This document shows positions 26,620 through 40,288 of a DNA stretch of 64,000 nucleotides, one piece after another. Both the position numbers and the translations under genes were made by a program. Position 1 is the first letter of the stretch, and each line of letters begins with the position of its first letter. The notes under the pieces are model-generated. The model did no database searches. It was given only the letters and a program-made list of their open reading frames with translations, and was not told where the DNA came from. The DNA comes from Auanema rhodensis (Eukaryota; Animalia; Nematoda), in contig OZ059899.1 of NCBI GenBank assembly GCA_964057225.1, positions 15,252,001-15,316,000 of the forward strand, read 5' to 3'.

Positions 26620-28682
26620 CTAGATTCAAATATCTTCAACTCGACAGCACAAAAGAAATTAAGCAATAGAGTGCAGGAAAAACGTGAAATGTTTAGAGGT
26701 AATAACTCTGTAAACTCGATAAAGGATAAGCAGAAAAATAAAAAATAAAGTCGTAGTTATAAAGAGAGAGAGAGAGGAAGAGAGTGAATAGCAATTGAGA
26801 GAGAAAGAGATAACGCTTCAATAGGCTTACAGTAAGTTTTAAAGATTACAGTACAAAAAAAAAGGAGAAAATGATAAATAGACAGAAAGTAAAAACATAT
26901 AGCAAAGAACTATGTTTCAAATCCAATCCTCATCAGCATAAACTTAATTGCAAAAGTTGCAATTCTTCCAACCTTCAGAATAGACAGGGACGATTAGTGT
27001 GATGTTAGTTCTCAGTTACTTCAATTCTTATTCAATGATTTAAATGAAAAATGGACAATTCTTGGTTATCATGTATATAATGACAGTTTCAAATAATTTC
27101 TTTTAAAGAAATTAGAAAGACATCTCTTAATTGCATTGTTTCACTTCTTCGATTTTCTCTTGTCGCTGTTTCAAACAACATTCTAACTGCTGTCCTATCA
27201 TATCATATCAACCTTTCTTTAAACTTTTCTTTTATAATCATTTCCTTATTTGTTTCCTATTAAATATTCCTTATAAATATAAATATAGTTAGATATATTC
27301 ATATATTAGTAAAGTTAAAACTTATTTTTTAGCTTCATTATGATAAAACTTACGAAAAAACTTGTTCCAAATATGTATGAAATCTAAAATTTGAAGGCAA
27401 TTCGAACTTTAAACTATTAATCTTTAAGAGATCTTAGTCTTTCTAAATTTAACTTTAAATTCACAGTTGTTTTGGTTTTATCATTCTCAGAATACTGAGA
27501 GATGAATGAGAATTAATGTATTACAATCAAAGTATAAACAAATCATTCGGATTCTTTGTATTTTCAAAGCAATAGATCATAAAATGATCGGCGGGAACAA
27601 CGTGGTTAAGATATGTTCACTTGGTTGTAACATATACCACTATGTTATCTTTCTTTTTTTTTTCAAATGAAAAGATTAAGTTGATAAGAGTTTGTTAATA
27701 GTTAGACAAAAAAAATATTAGAAAATATTAGATATTGATTATTTGAAACATACACATGTATAACAAGTATTAAAATTGAAACGACTAAACTATGATGATA
27801 TTGATTTCAAATACCTCATGTATAATTCAAAATACAGCTAGAAACTATTAAAAATATTATAATATATAACATATTGTTCAAATACAAGTTCAAACTACTT
27901 AATGAGCTCAAAATGTAGATGAAAATATACTAATAATGCTTTATATTAGCATGACCTTCTGTTTATTTACAGTTCAAACAGTAGCAAGTAATGTCTAATG
28001 CAACTTCTTGACAGATAAGATTTCTTCTTCATCTTGAATTGAATACCATTCTTAATCAATTTTTTTAAATAAAAGTTTAAGTTAAAATATAATTTAAATA
28101 AAAGAAAAAAGATGACATAAATAAAATGCAACCGCTTCACATATGATAACAAATATAAATGATCTGATGGCCACGTGGTTTACAAATAAAATTCTAATTA
28201 TTTAACACGTTAACCATTACACTATTAAAGTTGTATTTTATAATTCTGGTTACCATAACTTCAGACTACATATACCAACTTATTTAAAATATATAAAATA
28301 AGTTGAATAGGTGATAGGTTTTATATGAAATTTTCTAAAAACTAGATATGTTAATCTAACAACATTAATTGTCAGCTTAGATAAAACTTGTATCATATTT
28401 GTGTTTCTGTAAAATATTCGTAAATGGAAAACGAGAGACTAGATGGTGACTATCTTGTGATTTCCGAATTGTAATTGTATAGAGTTTGGCAAATAATTGT
28501 TATATTTCTTCAATTAAATGACTCAAATGGAATTTGCTCTAGTGATAATATAGATAATCTTTGGCGCGCAACTAAAAAATATCTAAAAATGGATATAAAC
28601 TATAGTATTTTTATTTTATTATACTATCCTAACATAATATAAGAAGTTTATACTTATAATTATTTATTGATTAAAAATAATC

Positions 28683-29967
28683 ATGCGGATATCTCTAATT
28701 TTAATATTATTCATTGCTATATCAGTTAATGCTGCTCCAAGATCTACAAAAAATGAGGTTAGTTTGCTTATATAGCTTCTGAGTTTTCTACGTATTCATA
28801 TTTCAGGCTCAGAAATATAAATATACAGTATTTGGATATAGTTTTACTATACCGGGCTGGATGGAGCGTTTCAAAAACAAAATTGTTGGACCTGATGGAA
28901 TTTTCACGAAAATGAAAGCATTTGTAACTGGTGATGTAAGTGACAATCTATCTATTTTTACAGTCTTATTTGGTATAATTTTCGTTTTAGACTTCTGTTT
29001 CTACTAACATATTTGGAGAAAAAGTGGCTTTTCGAGCACATTTACCGAAAAATCAGAAAGAAGTCGCTAAGTCAGTTACCCAATTCTTCACTAAAGTGCG
29101 TGATGATCACACAACTCGGATTATTTTCGTCATCTACTTGAATATAGTGTATGAATCCCTTATTCTTTTCTTATTTTAAAAATATTTTTCAATACAATTT
29201 CCTGATTTTCAGAGTTATGTTCATTGTCTACAGTCTACTGTTTGTGAAGCAAATGCAACTTGCTAAAGAGCATAAAAGACAGCGTAATATGACGAAGAGA
29301 CATCGCAAGCTGGAAGAGGTTAGAGGCTATTTTCAAAAATATGTTTCTTAATTGTTTATGGATGTCTCTCTTTTCAGGCTGATCGTAAAGATTTCATAGC
29401 TAGAGCAGCTGTAATTCAAGAGACTGAAATGGCACATGCTGACATTCTTCGTAAACGAGCTGGTGAATCGTCTTTGTATGGTACTGTTCTTTGTTCTCTT
29501 TGTTTGTTTATATTGGTTTAAAACTGAATTTTCATTTCTCAGATGAGGAGGTGAACAATATTGAACAACAATATCCTGGGCTATCTGGAAAGATGGAACA
29601 AGAGTCTGCGAAAAGCAAAATAGCAAATTCCCCATTATCTACCAGCTCTGGAGTAGCTAATCAATCGATTACAGTCCTCTCGTAGGGATCAAACAACAGT
29701 TTCTGTTTTGTTTCATTGTCAAATATTTTCAGAACATCTGGATCGCGTTTGTTGGGACCCGATCTGTTTAGTCCAACAGTAGTGTCCGATGGAGGTTTTG
29801 TCAACTTTCAACCGATGCTATAGCTATAAATTAATTTGTTTTCAGAAATGGTTCTCAATGCCTCTAATTTATATCCAGAAACGGGTCTTCATACTCCAAT
29901 AGGAAACGCTAGTGCTCCACCTTTCTTTAGTCCTTCGAATGAAGATGATGATATAAGCTCTTATTAA
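28683..29967 (+). CDS. Orphan single-pass (type I) membrane protein, ~300 aa
   Basis: Signal peptide MRISLILILFIAISVNA. Eight exons joined in consistent phase by short GT-AG introns. One hydrophobic span (IIFVIYLNIVVMFIVYSLLFV) is followed by a basic stop-transfer stretch (KQMQLAKEHKRQR) and a Ser/Pro-rich tail ending EDDDISSY*. Confidence 0.8.
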
Positions 29968-32900
29968 GTTGTCATCAAACCATATTACGAGTATTTTGAA
30001 AAAGTTTTAACCAAAGTTTAAATTTTATTCCCAATTTACCAAGTTCTAGGAAATTCTTTCACATAAGTTTACCGAAATTCAGTTTTATTAAGAATGTTTT
30101 ATCATAATAAAAGCTTTTTTTTGCCTTCTTGTTCGCCAAAGGAAAATAAAACGAACGGTTATTGTGGTTTTTTGACTTTTGGCTCTAAGCAGATATCTGG
30201 ACCTATTAATCAAGCTTGCAAATCTGGTTGGCACATTTCTATCAAAAGTATGGAGGGATTCATTCTAATCTTATTGCAGCTGCTGCTGCTGCTAGACTAG
30301 GACAGACTATGCTCGATCTGACTAGGGTGTAGCCAAGCTGCTTCGTTCAATGTTTTTCGATTAACAGTTGTCCTGATTTCTTAGACTAGAAAAGGATAGA
30401 TAAAGTTAACGAATGGTATTGCAAGTCGGACAACTGTCTGCTGAAATTCAATTTTTTTTTGTGGAAGACTAGCTCTGTTTTCTCATGAAATTGACAGCAG
30501 AAGCAACACGAAGATGAGGAAGAAGTTAAAAGCATCAGAACAGCAGATAGACAGCTGGACGGATGGTAATTTGAAGAGCAAGAAGAAGGAGAAGAAGAAG
30601 ATCATCATCATCATCATATTCCTCATTTTCTTTCTGTTGCGACCGGCAGAACAGGAAGAAGAATCACGCCATATTCAAAAAAACATCAGGCGATCAACAT
30701 TCACCTCATCTGGTGGAACAAGATGGTTTGAACATAAAATGCCTGAAAATTCGAAATGCAGCCATGGCAGACAGAGGTGAAAAGATCAAAAACGCAGAAG
30801 CTGTGGCGGATGACAAGAGATGAGAAACGAAGGTTGATATCGGCGGAATTCTTAGAAATTCAGAAGTTTTCTTCGGCAATCTGCTCCGTCTCATAATGCA
30901 TTTCTCATTTGAGTGATGGTCCCATGTGCTATTCGAACAAAGATGTTTCAAGCCTATGTACGGTAGCCTGTTCACAACGTTTTTTTCTCAAAGTTTTTTG
31001 TTTTTGGACATTTTTTTCTTGCTTATTCAGAAGGAGCATAATGTCTCATACAACAGATGATCACAAATGTGATCAATCAGTCAAAAGAAGACAGTTAGAG
31101 AGCTAGAAAGAGAGAGAGAATCTGAAAAAAGGTCGAAATCTATATAAGGAGAGTAATAGTATACGGTATGTCATAGGAAGAAAAACATAGAAAGTGTTGT
31201 TTCTAAGTTTTATTCCAAAAAAAAAGGAAAAGTCAAATGTTTCTGGATGCTGATCTTCAAACAATTTCCAACTTTTTCTTTTTTTCTACTTCATTCACCA
31301 TAAATCTTTTTTTCTTGTTGATTTTTTTGCCATCGACACCATGATCTTGTCTTCTACTTCTGCTCAAATTTCCATTTTTTCTCTTTTTTTTCAAGTAAAA
31401 GGGGAAGTTTGTGATAACAGAAAAGATATTTTTGCACTAGGAATTGCTTTATCTCTTTCACACTCCTCATCATTCAAGCTTCTTATCTTTGAATAAGAAG
31501 AAAACAGAAAAAGGGGAGAAGACGAAGATGAAAAGTGGAATCAAGGGCTAATGGCCTTAGTTTAAAAAAAGTGAGGACATGTTTTGTGCTGTAATTTTTC
31601 TTGAGCAGCAAGAGACGTTTGTGATTTTTTTCTGAAAAAAATGTAATTGAACTATTAAAAGAGAAATAATTGAACAAAGAGAGAAAGTGAGAGAGAAAGA
31701 GAGAATTATATAAACTTTGAAAAGTCCCCGAATGTTTGTGTGTACGTTGTATATTGGTGTGTATGTGATTCGTACGTTTGATCTAAGATATTTTTGATCT
31801 GAATCGGAAAAATCATTGTTCAAATTCTGTTCATTGGGAACAATTAATCAGCGAATTAATTAATTAATAGTTGAAAGTTCAAGCTACAATCTTCTTTGAA
31901 CTGAAATATTGCTTTCAGTTTAGCAGCTGAGTCATAGAGGTCATAGAGAGACTGCTGAGAGCCATTTAGCTGAGACGGCTTGTAAACAATTGAAACAACC
32001 TAAGATGTTGTTTAGCATTTTCTTAGTTGCTGCACAATCTCCAAAGAACTATGTATTTCCAAAGTTTGAGTAGAAAAAAGAAATATGTATGATAGAATAG
32101 CAATCATTGATGTCAGATCGACTCAATTTACATGAACAAGGGTTAGAAGCAACATAAACGAACGTATCATCTATCAAGAAACAGTTTATGTGAAGTAAAT
32201 TGCTACAATATAACTATATTTAGTTTGATTTGTTTCCTATTTCATGCTTTTTCTTTCTTTCTTTACATTTTTTTTGTAGGGAATAACCGCGTTTTTTGAT
32301 GTTCAAAGCCATACGCTCTAAAAGCTGGGGCAGCAAGAAAAAAGTTTGTAACAGATCACTAAACATCTCCGACATGCTGCTGCTGCCGCATGCCATGCTT
32401 TCTCCAGATGGTCCACTTTGAATTTTCTTTTTTGCTTTTTATGGAAGATGGCTGTTGTCTCAGGGGAGAGAAAAAGATTCAACGAAATAACCCTCTGAAT
32501 CAGGACATAAAACGACGTTTGAAGTGAAAAATGGTCGCACAACGAAATATTCTCAAAGCATTTCAGATGGACGTGATAGATGTAGCAGGTCAATACACGA
32601 GAAAACTTTTATAGATAGCTGCCGAAAAGAGTATGAATGTGTTTTCTTGAAAACGAAAAGCTTTTAAAGATTAGAAATAACATTTACCCGATTTGTTTCT
32701 TGGCTTTTGAAACTTCTAGTAGTCGCCTCTTTCCTTAAAGAAAAGCCAATATTGGGGCAAAATTATGCGGCAAGCTTAGTAAGTGAGAAGATCTTAAAAG
32801 GAAAAGCCGACAGAATTGTCGAGAATACTATCTCTGAAAGCAACATCTTAACAAGCCTCTTAAGACCATCATATAGCTATAATCTTATTGCTGTAACTAT

Positions 32901-33922
32901 ATTCATAATTTATGATTATCATATGTGTCGGTACACAGGATTTAAGAATGTCATGATAAGATCTTCCTCATTGTGTTCAAGTCAACAAGAAGCACATATG
33001 ACCTGTGAAGCTAGTGGATGTGAACACAGAAGTTCCCTTTGAATGACCTTATCCAAACAATTTTTGGCGTATTTTCAGTAAATGAGCATCATCGTCTCAT
33101 AGGGCTTTTGAGTTCACAGTTCATTCAAGCATGCGTTAGTTTCCCAGATTATCATTAAAGTTTAAACCAATATTTCTCTTTAAAACATTCTCACTAACCA
33201 ACTTATTCGCTAAGCTTTAACATCTGGCATATATGATATATATAAATAAAGAAATAAAAGTAAAATGTAAAAGAGAAAAAAAAATTTTCGAGGAAGACTA
33301 TGGTAGAAAATGCAATTTTTCCAATTTTCTCTTTTGTTCTTTTACGCTTTTTTCAGTTACATTTTTGAGAAATTGCTCGTTCATTTTGTTTGATATCTGT
33401 CTGAAAGTTGGAACAGAACTGTCTCTTTCACATCATCATCACCAACATCATCTTATTCTTCTTTTGCTGCTGCTGCTGCTGCTGCTCCTCCTCTCCTTTT
33501 TCTTCTTTTGCATCTTCTTCTTCTAGGTGTACTCCATTTCCTCACATCAGTCAGTCAGTTAGTGGGAAATATGAGAAGACAAGATGCCATACTTATTGCA
33601 AAAATTGATTTTGAGATCCTGATGTTGTGAACTAGCACTGAAAAGCTGATGTTGACTCAATTGAGTTAACTAAGCCGAAATTAGTTGTTGAATTAGAAGG
33701 TCATAGCAGATACAGACAATAGGATGAACAAAGCTGTGAATGAAATAGATTGTTATATACACACACAACAACATGCATTGATGATAATGAGCAAAGAGAA
33801 GAGTATATGAGAATATAAGAAACATGATGCTTTTGAACTGTTGTAGTGAAAACACATAACAAAGGGATTCTGTAATGAGAGCAAATGAGTAACCAATTGG
33901 ATATAAAAGGAGAGAGACATAT

Positions 33923-33953
<31 letters not shown>

Positions 33954-34487
33954 AACAGTTTCAGAATTCGAAATTCGGTGGACAATCTGCTACATGATGT
34001 ACGTCGTGTGTCGTGAATACGTCTGAATACAATAACGAGCGAAACATAATGAGAGAGAATGAGACTGGTAGAGTAAAGAGAGAAGATCTGAAAATGATCT
34101 TCACTTGATTTGACATTAGAGGAAACAGAGACAACGAGTAATTCATCCTAGTCTGTTTCAGACAATAATTAATTTATTTTACTCAAGTGACAAGTGAATA
34201 ATTAGCAATTAAAAGGCATTTTATGAATAAATAATATCATAAATGGTAATTTCTCTCTTTCTCTTCCTCCTCTCTCTTCCCTCTCTCTTTCAGTCTTACC
34301 AGTGAACCTCTAGGATATTCCCTACTTATTTCAAAAATGTGACAAGACAAAGATCTCATTAAAAAACAAAAATAGAGTTAATTTTTGTAGATATTAAACT
34401 GTTAGAGTAACAAAGTATAGAATGCTGTAATGTTGCAAGAGGTTTTTTCCCTCTTGTTTCTTGCACTCTCTCTATTTCTGGCTATGC

Positions 34488-34533
<46 letters not shown>

Positions 34534-35067
34534 ATCTTAACTTCTAGCTCTTAACTTAACAGCTTGCCTTATCTCTATCTCAAAATCTTCTTCAATCGCT
34601 CTGTCTGCTCTGTCTGAAAGAGAGCCCTTTGAATCTTCTGCTATATCATGTAAATCTATCTTTATGTCTGCCAAAAGCTTATCTTTTCGTTGTCGTTTTC
34701 TTTTTTTCTTCTGCTCGTTCTCCTGGTTTCTCTCTCACTTTCGTTTTCTTTTTTTCTCTGATCATCTTGATAACTTTTGATGATCATCTAGCTCAGTCTC
34801 AACCCATTCATCTGCTTGTCTCATGTCTCTTCGTAGATTTTTCTTTGCTTCCATCCATATAGAATACAAAACCAAGAGATTGTAAGAGAAATTGATAGCG
34901 AGAAATTCGGCCATAACAATCATCTATCGTTCAGACAGAGAGAGAAATAGAGAGAGTGAATTAGCTGTTAGAGAAGGTTTTGACAATGCAATCCCTCGTG
35001 ATACATCTGTCCCTCGCCTGCTGTTGCCCCTCTCTGTGGCTAGCTCCTCCCACTTTTCTGGATTCTG

Positions 35068-35104
35068 TATAAATGCAGGACGTCCACCACGGTTACCATC
35101 AGTT
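35068..35104 (+). promoter_or_regulatory. TATA box plus Inr-like element, probable core promoter of the FAR gene
   Basis: TATAAA at 35068 and TCAGTT at 35099 (about 31 nt apart), ~430 nt upstream of the acceptor CTACAG (35532) that precedes the ATG. Confidence 0.55.
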
Positions 35105-35534
35105 CACAGCTCGCCCTCTCCAATGAACAGCCTCAGCCCTCCAGAAGTCAAGCAGCACCAGGACAGCAGAGCACCACTACCACTACGACCTCGATAGCAC
35201 GTGAACTCAAAGTCGAGTTCGACTCACATACGGCGCAAGGAATCGTCTTTAATTCGGCCAAAACCCTATTTCTATATACCTGATCCAAAACCGACGCCAT
35301 CCACCAGCAATCTTCGAAGACATTTTCCTTTTTTTTACTTTTTACCTTTTTTTCGTGGTTCATAGCAAACTGATATACTCAGAGAGCTGTGCCCTGCGAC
35401 ATGTATTTCGCCAGCTGTGGATGGGTGGATGGTAGTTCTAATGCTATCATCCAACGATTATTCTTCATTCCTTTTATCTCTTATTTATATGTTTTGCTCT
35501 CCGTTTCTGAGTTCTAATAGAATCATCTACAGGT

Positions 35535-36812
35535 ATGTTCCGTCAACTTGCTATCATCGCCGTCTTGGCCACCGCTGCTTTCGCTTACCCAATCGAAAGC
35601 TTCAATGACATCCCAGAGGAGTACAAATGTAAGTTTAATTAAGAGAACAACTTCTTGTCTGGACAGTCTTCTCAACTTTCTCATTTCAGCCCTCATCCCA
35701 GAGGAGATCGCTGGACACCTTAAGGGTATCACCGCTGAAGAGAAGGACATCTTGAAGGGACTCGCCAAGAACTACGGAGATTTCAAGAATGAAGAAGAAT
35801 TCCTCGCTGCCCTTAAGGAAAAGTCCCCAGAACTTCACGATAAGGCCATGAAGCTCCACAAGCTCGTCGCTGATAAGGTTGCCCTCCTCGGAGCTGAAGC
35901 CCAGACCTTCGTCAAGGCTGTAAGTTACTATTTCTATTATTGTTCAAGGCGACTACAGAAAAAATTTGCTCATTCTTATGAATTCTTTTGACGGCTTTTG
36001 GGTGCAAAGCATATTTTTGAATTCTCCAGCTAGCGACCACTCCTTTTGTTTCAACTAAAAAGAGCATTTTTGCGAATCACAGCTGCTTGTCACAGAAGTA
36101 TTCTGCAACTAAGTTCAAAAAAATGAACTTTCTCAGCCAGGTTTTTGCAAAAAAAAATGGCTCTTTTCATTAAGACATTTTAAATCAACAAGGGCTTTAA
36201 GAAAATATGTAAAACGAACTTTTGTCTTCACCTTTCCGTCTAACAATCTGTCTATTCACGAAACAGGTGTTCAGACAATTTATTGAAGCTTTATATCAGC
36301 TTTAATGAGTTCGTTGTGTTCCAACTTATTCCTGAAATTGCAAGCCTCTTCTATCCAGTTCATCTATATCTCTACAAAGTGTAATATAATCACCGATAGG
36401 TTATTGAAACTTGGGGAAAAATCTTGTGGCTTTTGCATTTCTGAGAACCTTCCTCTAACTTTTCATCTTGTTTTCTCTTTTGAATGCACATTCTCATATT
36501 TATACTTCCAGGTCATCGCTAAGGCCCGCAAGATCCACGCTGACTACCTCGCCGGAACTAAGCCAACCATCGCTGAGCTCAAGAAGGTCGCCAAGGAGCA
36601 ACTCGATGCCTTCAACGCCCTCCCAGAAGCCTCCAAGGAAGAGTTCAAGACCCAATTCCCAATCCTCACCGGATTCTTCACCAGTAAGTTTTAATTTGCA
36701 CTTCCTAGCACATATTAAGCTCCAAGATAAGTATAATCTGAATTAACCATTCATATTTTCAGACCCCAAGGTCAAGGCTCTCGCCGAGAAGTACATGAAC
36801 GCCGAAAACTAA
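35535..36812 (+). CDS. far-1: Nematode fatty-acid and retinol-binding protein (FAR, Gp-FAR-1/Ov20 family), secreted
   Basis: Four exons: MFRQLAIIAVLATAAFAYPIESFNDIPEEYK.LIPEEIAGHLKGITAEEKDILKGLAKNYGDFKNEEEFLAALKEKSPELH...VIAKARKIHADYLAGTKPT...FKTQFPILTGFF.PKVKALAEKYMNAEN*. Signal peptide and high-expression codon bias. The family is certain; the exact orthologue number is not. Confidence 0.93.
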
Positions 36813-39128
36813 ATTCCTTCCTTTTCCCTCCCCCCAAAAAAGTAATTTCCTGTTTCCAGCCCCCCTTATTTTGGTAAAACGTTTCTATTAGCGTATTATT
36901 TTATATAATTTTTGTAGCTATGAGCATCATTCAATAAACATTTTTTTTTTCAAACTATCTCTTATTTGTCTTTAACGCACACTAGAAAAATCGAAGAAAG
37001 ATGGTATACTTTAAGGTTGCAAGACGAAACTGTCTGAATTGCAGACGAAAAAAAGAGATGAATAAAGAAAAAGGAATTTTTTCTTGAAATACACCCTCAT
37101 AATCCATATACTTATATATGGACCCCTTAAAAACAAGCATGATACTCGTGTCACCCCCTTAACTGAAGGAGATACACATATACATATTCAGACATACATA
37201 CATAAAGAAAATGGGAGAGGAATATGAAAAATCAAAGAAATAAATCTGAGAAAATGGGCGAAAACACATCTAATAGAGGCTGGCTCTCCCTCTATAGTTT
37301 TACCCTCTCCCTCTCAATCTCTCCTGTTTCCAGCCAAATCGTCTCCCAAACAAACATAAATACAACTTGAATTGAATTGAAATGAAATAAAAACAACGAA
37401 AAATACAAAATTTTTTTGTCGTGAAGAAGGAGTAACAAGAATTGAGCAGCAGCTTGCTCAACCTAATAGTAAGAATTCTGTTGTTCTCGCATGTTACTGC
37501 TACTTGACTTACGTACTTACATTTTCATATTTAGCCATTTACAAATGCTTTCAAAAAACACATAAATACGAAGCATTTTTTCGGAAAATTCCTCTCTCTA
37601 TCCCTCTATCTCTCTTTCTCTCTCTTTTCCCTTTCTCACTATTCTTACATCATTCCAATAACAAATACATAAGTCTATGATCTTAAACTACGGCTTGATC
37701 CTATTCCTTATTCAATTAGTTATATTTTATTCGTAACTATCAGCTTAACTATGTGAAGAAAGCAATATATGTATCTTATCGTTCTTCCTGGTTCCGCTGC
37801 ATCTTCTGCACATAGCTTCAATGAATTTATTCTAATTTTCACGCAATTACAACGCACATTATACGTGTAATTCTCACGTGAGACTAGCATGACATTATTT
37901 TAGTTTCTGCAAACACAAACGGTTGATCTAATCAGTCCTTTTCCTTTTTATCTCAACTTCTACTCTCTCTTTCAATCTCTCTCTCTCTCTCTCCATTTTT
38001 CCTTTCTCTTTTAATTTTTGTTGTCTAGCAATCTCCAATCCTTATGTTCTATCTATTGTCATTTTTTTCTTTCTTCAGCTTTACCAGCCTCTGGCTAACT
38101 GAAGCGATTTCTGGACAATTGGACTTGTATGTCATTGGCTAAATTGAATTGAAGCTCATTGCTTTTTTCCGTAAACGGTTTCTCATTCAATCTCAAAGGG
38201 CAAATATGCTTAACAGCTATTTGTCTGCAACATTCTACTTTGTATCATGAGCATTTAACAAGAATATAGAATGCATATCATCTGGTATACAGATGATATA
38301 GATGAATGCTCATCAGAATCTTCTATATTCTCTTCAATTTTCATGTCTTATCTCAACTCTTCAATTGAAGTCTTCTCTGTCATTCTTCTTCTCGAACACC
38401 AACCGTTGATGTTGAAACTATATTTTGAACTATAATATCAAAGTATAAATATAATAATCTCCATTAATGTTACATGACTTTAGTAACTTTTTTATTCATT
38501 TTGTTCTGGTTCAAACATTTCTCGTTGTTTCTTTCTCTCATTTGAGTTTGTTATTCCTTTTTTTTGAATATGTATATGCTATGTTATGTATGTATCTTTA
38601 ACTATACATATATGGATAACTATATATGCATATAATCATAATATATTTAACGTAAATTATGACATACTTTATTCATTTGCAAAAATGAATTTGCAAAATG
38701 ATGTACGAAAGTTCAGTCTTTCTACTCTATTTCAACGTCATAACATCTGGTTTAATGGAAAAATTACATGCCTAACAGCACATTCGCACAAAAACCTAAA
38801 ATGCTTATTCAATCACCTCACTCAAACTATTACTGAATACATACATATATGTATGTATATAGCGAATAGTAATTGAAATTTCTTTTTTTACTATATGTTA
38901 TAGTATATAAGCATAACTATATCTATATATAGCTATTGATGATATAGTTAAGCTGATCATGCTGTAATCAATGTTAAATATAACAACTTATCAAGCTATT
39001 TCTCGCCCTCTTTCCTGTATTGTGCCGCAAAATATTTTGAAGATTAATCATCATTTTTCATATTTTAAAATCACTAAAATTCAATATAAAACTTATAATA
39101 AACAATTTTTTTATTTAAATTATTAATT

Positions 39129-39868
39129 TCATCTAAAAGAATAATTAATATTGCTTTTTAAAGTTGAATATTCAAGCTTTTTCTTTATCGCCTGCAAACG
39201 CAAGCGATATGCTCGATTCTCAAGCGGCAATTTGAATGGTCCAGCCGTACGTAGTAGACGATTTTCTGAATGAAATCGAGTCTTTTGCATCTGAAAAAAT
39301 GGAATTTTGAATACGAATAAGTTGTATGAGCATTCGTACGGCCATGGGATTAATCTCATTACATGCACGATATCGGCTACATCTCATTGGTGTTACAACA
39401 TAATCTGAAACAATTATTTTTTTTTTAATTTAACATATAATTAAGAATTATGCTGTATGCTGTAATTGAATTTCAAATAATAAAAAACCTTTGTATTGTT
39501 GACAATTTGGATGTTGATGTGAATGGTACTCATTCGATATCAGCATCGACTGCTCAACTTCCGATAATACTGAGCTGGAGCTTGGTGGCTTATCTTGATG
39601 ATTACTCATTTCATCTGATATGTATGTTACATCACCATCTTCCATATGAAGTTCATGGCACATTATATTCTGTAATAACATAGAAGTAAGCTGAATAGGA
39701 TACTGTGACTGTTGTTCGAACATTGACTGATTTCTGATCTTCAGATTCTTCCATACTTGAAAAGTAGTTCTGCCTATCATCAGCCCACTTTGATGCCTAA
39801 AAATATATAATATTTTACACTAACTATATATAAATAGTTATATAGTTATTATAAATTACTTACATCAT
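39129..39868 (-). CDS. Uncharacterised ~180 aa protein, four exons
   Basis: Exons 39868-39864, 39796-39489, 39404-39340 and 39290-39129 join in consistent phase through three short GT-AG introns: MMHQSGLMIGRTTFQVWKNLKIR...DYVVTPMRCSRYRACNEINPMA-MQKTRFHSENRLLRTAGPFKLPLENRAYRLRLQAIKKKLEY... The start may lie further upstream. Confidence 0.6.
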
Positions 39869-40073
39869 TAATAGTTTCGTTAAAAACTTCTTCTAAATCA
39901 ACACTATCATACGAGTAATGCATTAAAGATAAACCAACTCAATTGAAATTTCAAAAAAAATGCGAATTATGGTCATGACGTACGTGAAATTTCACGTGAA
40001 ATTTTGTTCAAATCAAACATTAAAAATTTATAAATTGTAATTGAAGAAAGTTGGTAGATAGAGAGAGAGAGAG

Positions 40074-40110
<37 letters not shown>

Positions 40111-40257
40111 GAAAGAGAGAAAGAGAGAGGGAGAGTTGGAATCTTCATCAAATGTTTGTTACATTCTTTCTATTTCTCAGGATATTATGATTTTGCGTTG
40201 TTGTCAACCTTACATATGGATATGTATCTATGAATGCTTTCTCCAAAATCGAGCAAG

Positions 40258-40288
<31 letters not shown>

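Noticed and set aside
30277-30342. TGACTAG seed (miR-44/279-like) within a loose hairpin
   Set aside because: The pairing has large internal loops and the 3' part does not resemble family members.
30462-30485. TGGAAGACTAG, matching the 5' half of miR-7
   Set aside because: Only 11 nt match and I could not form a convincing pre-miRNA hairpin.
37690-38420. Possible minus-strand exons (MKIEENIEDSDEH..., PMTYKSNCPEIASVSQRL)
   Set aside because: I could not join them into a phase-consistent gene model.
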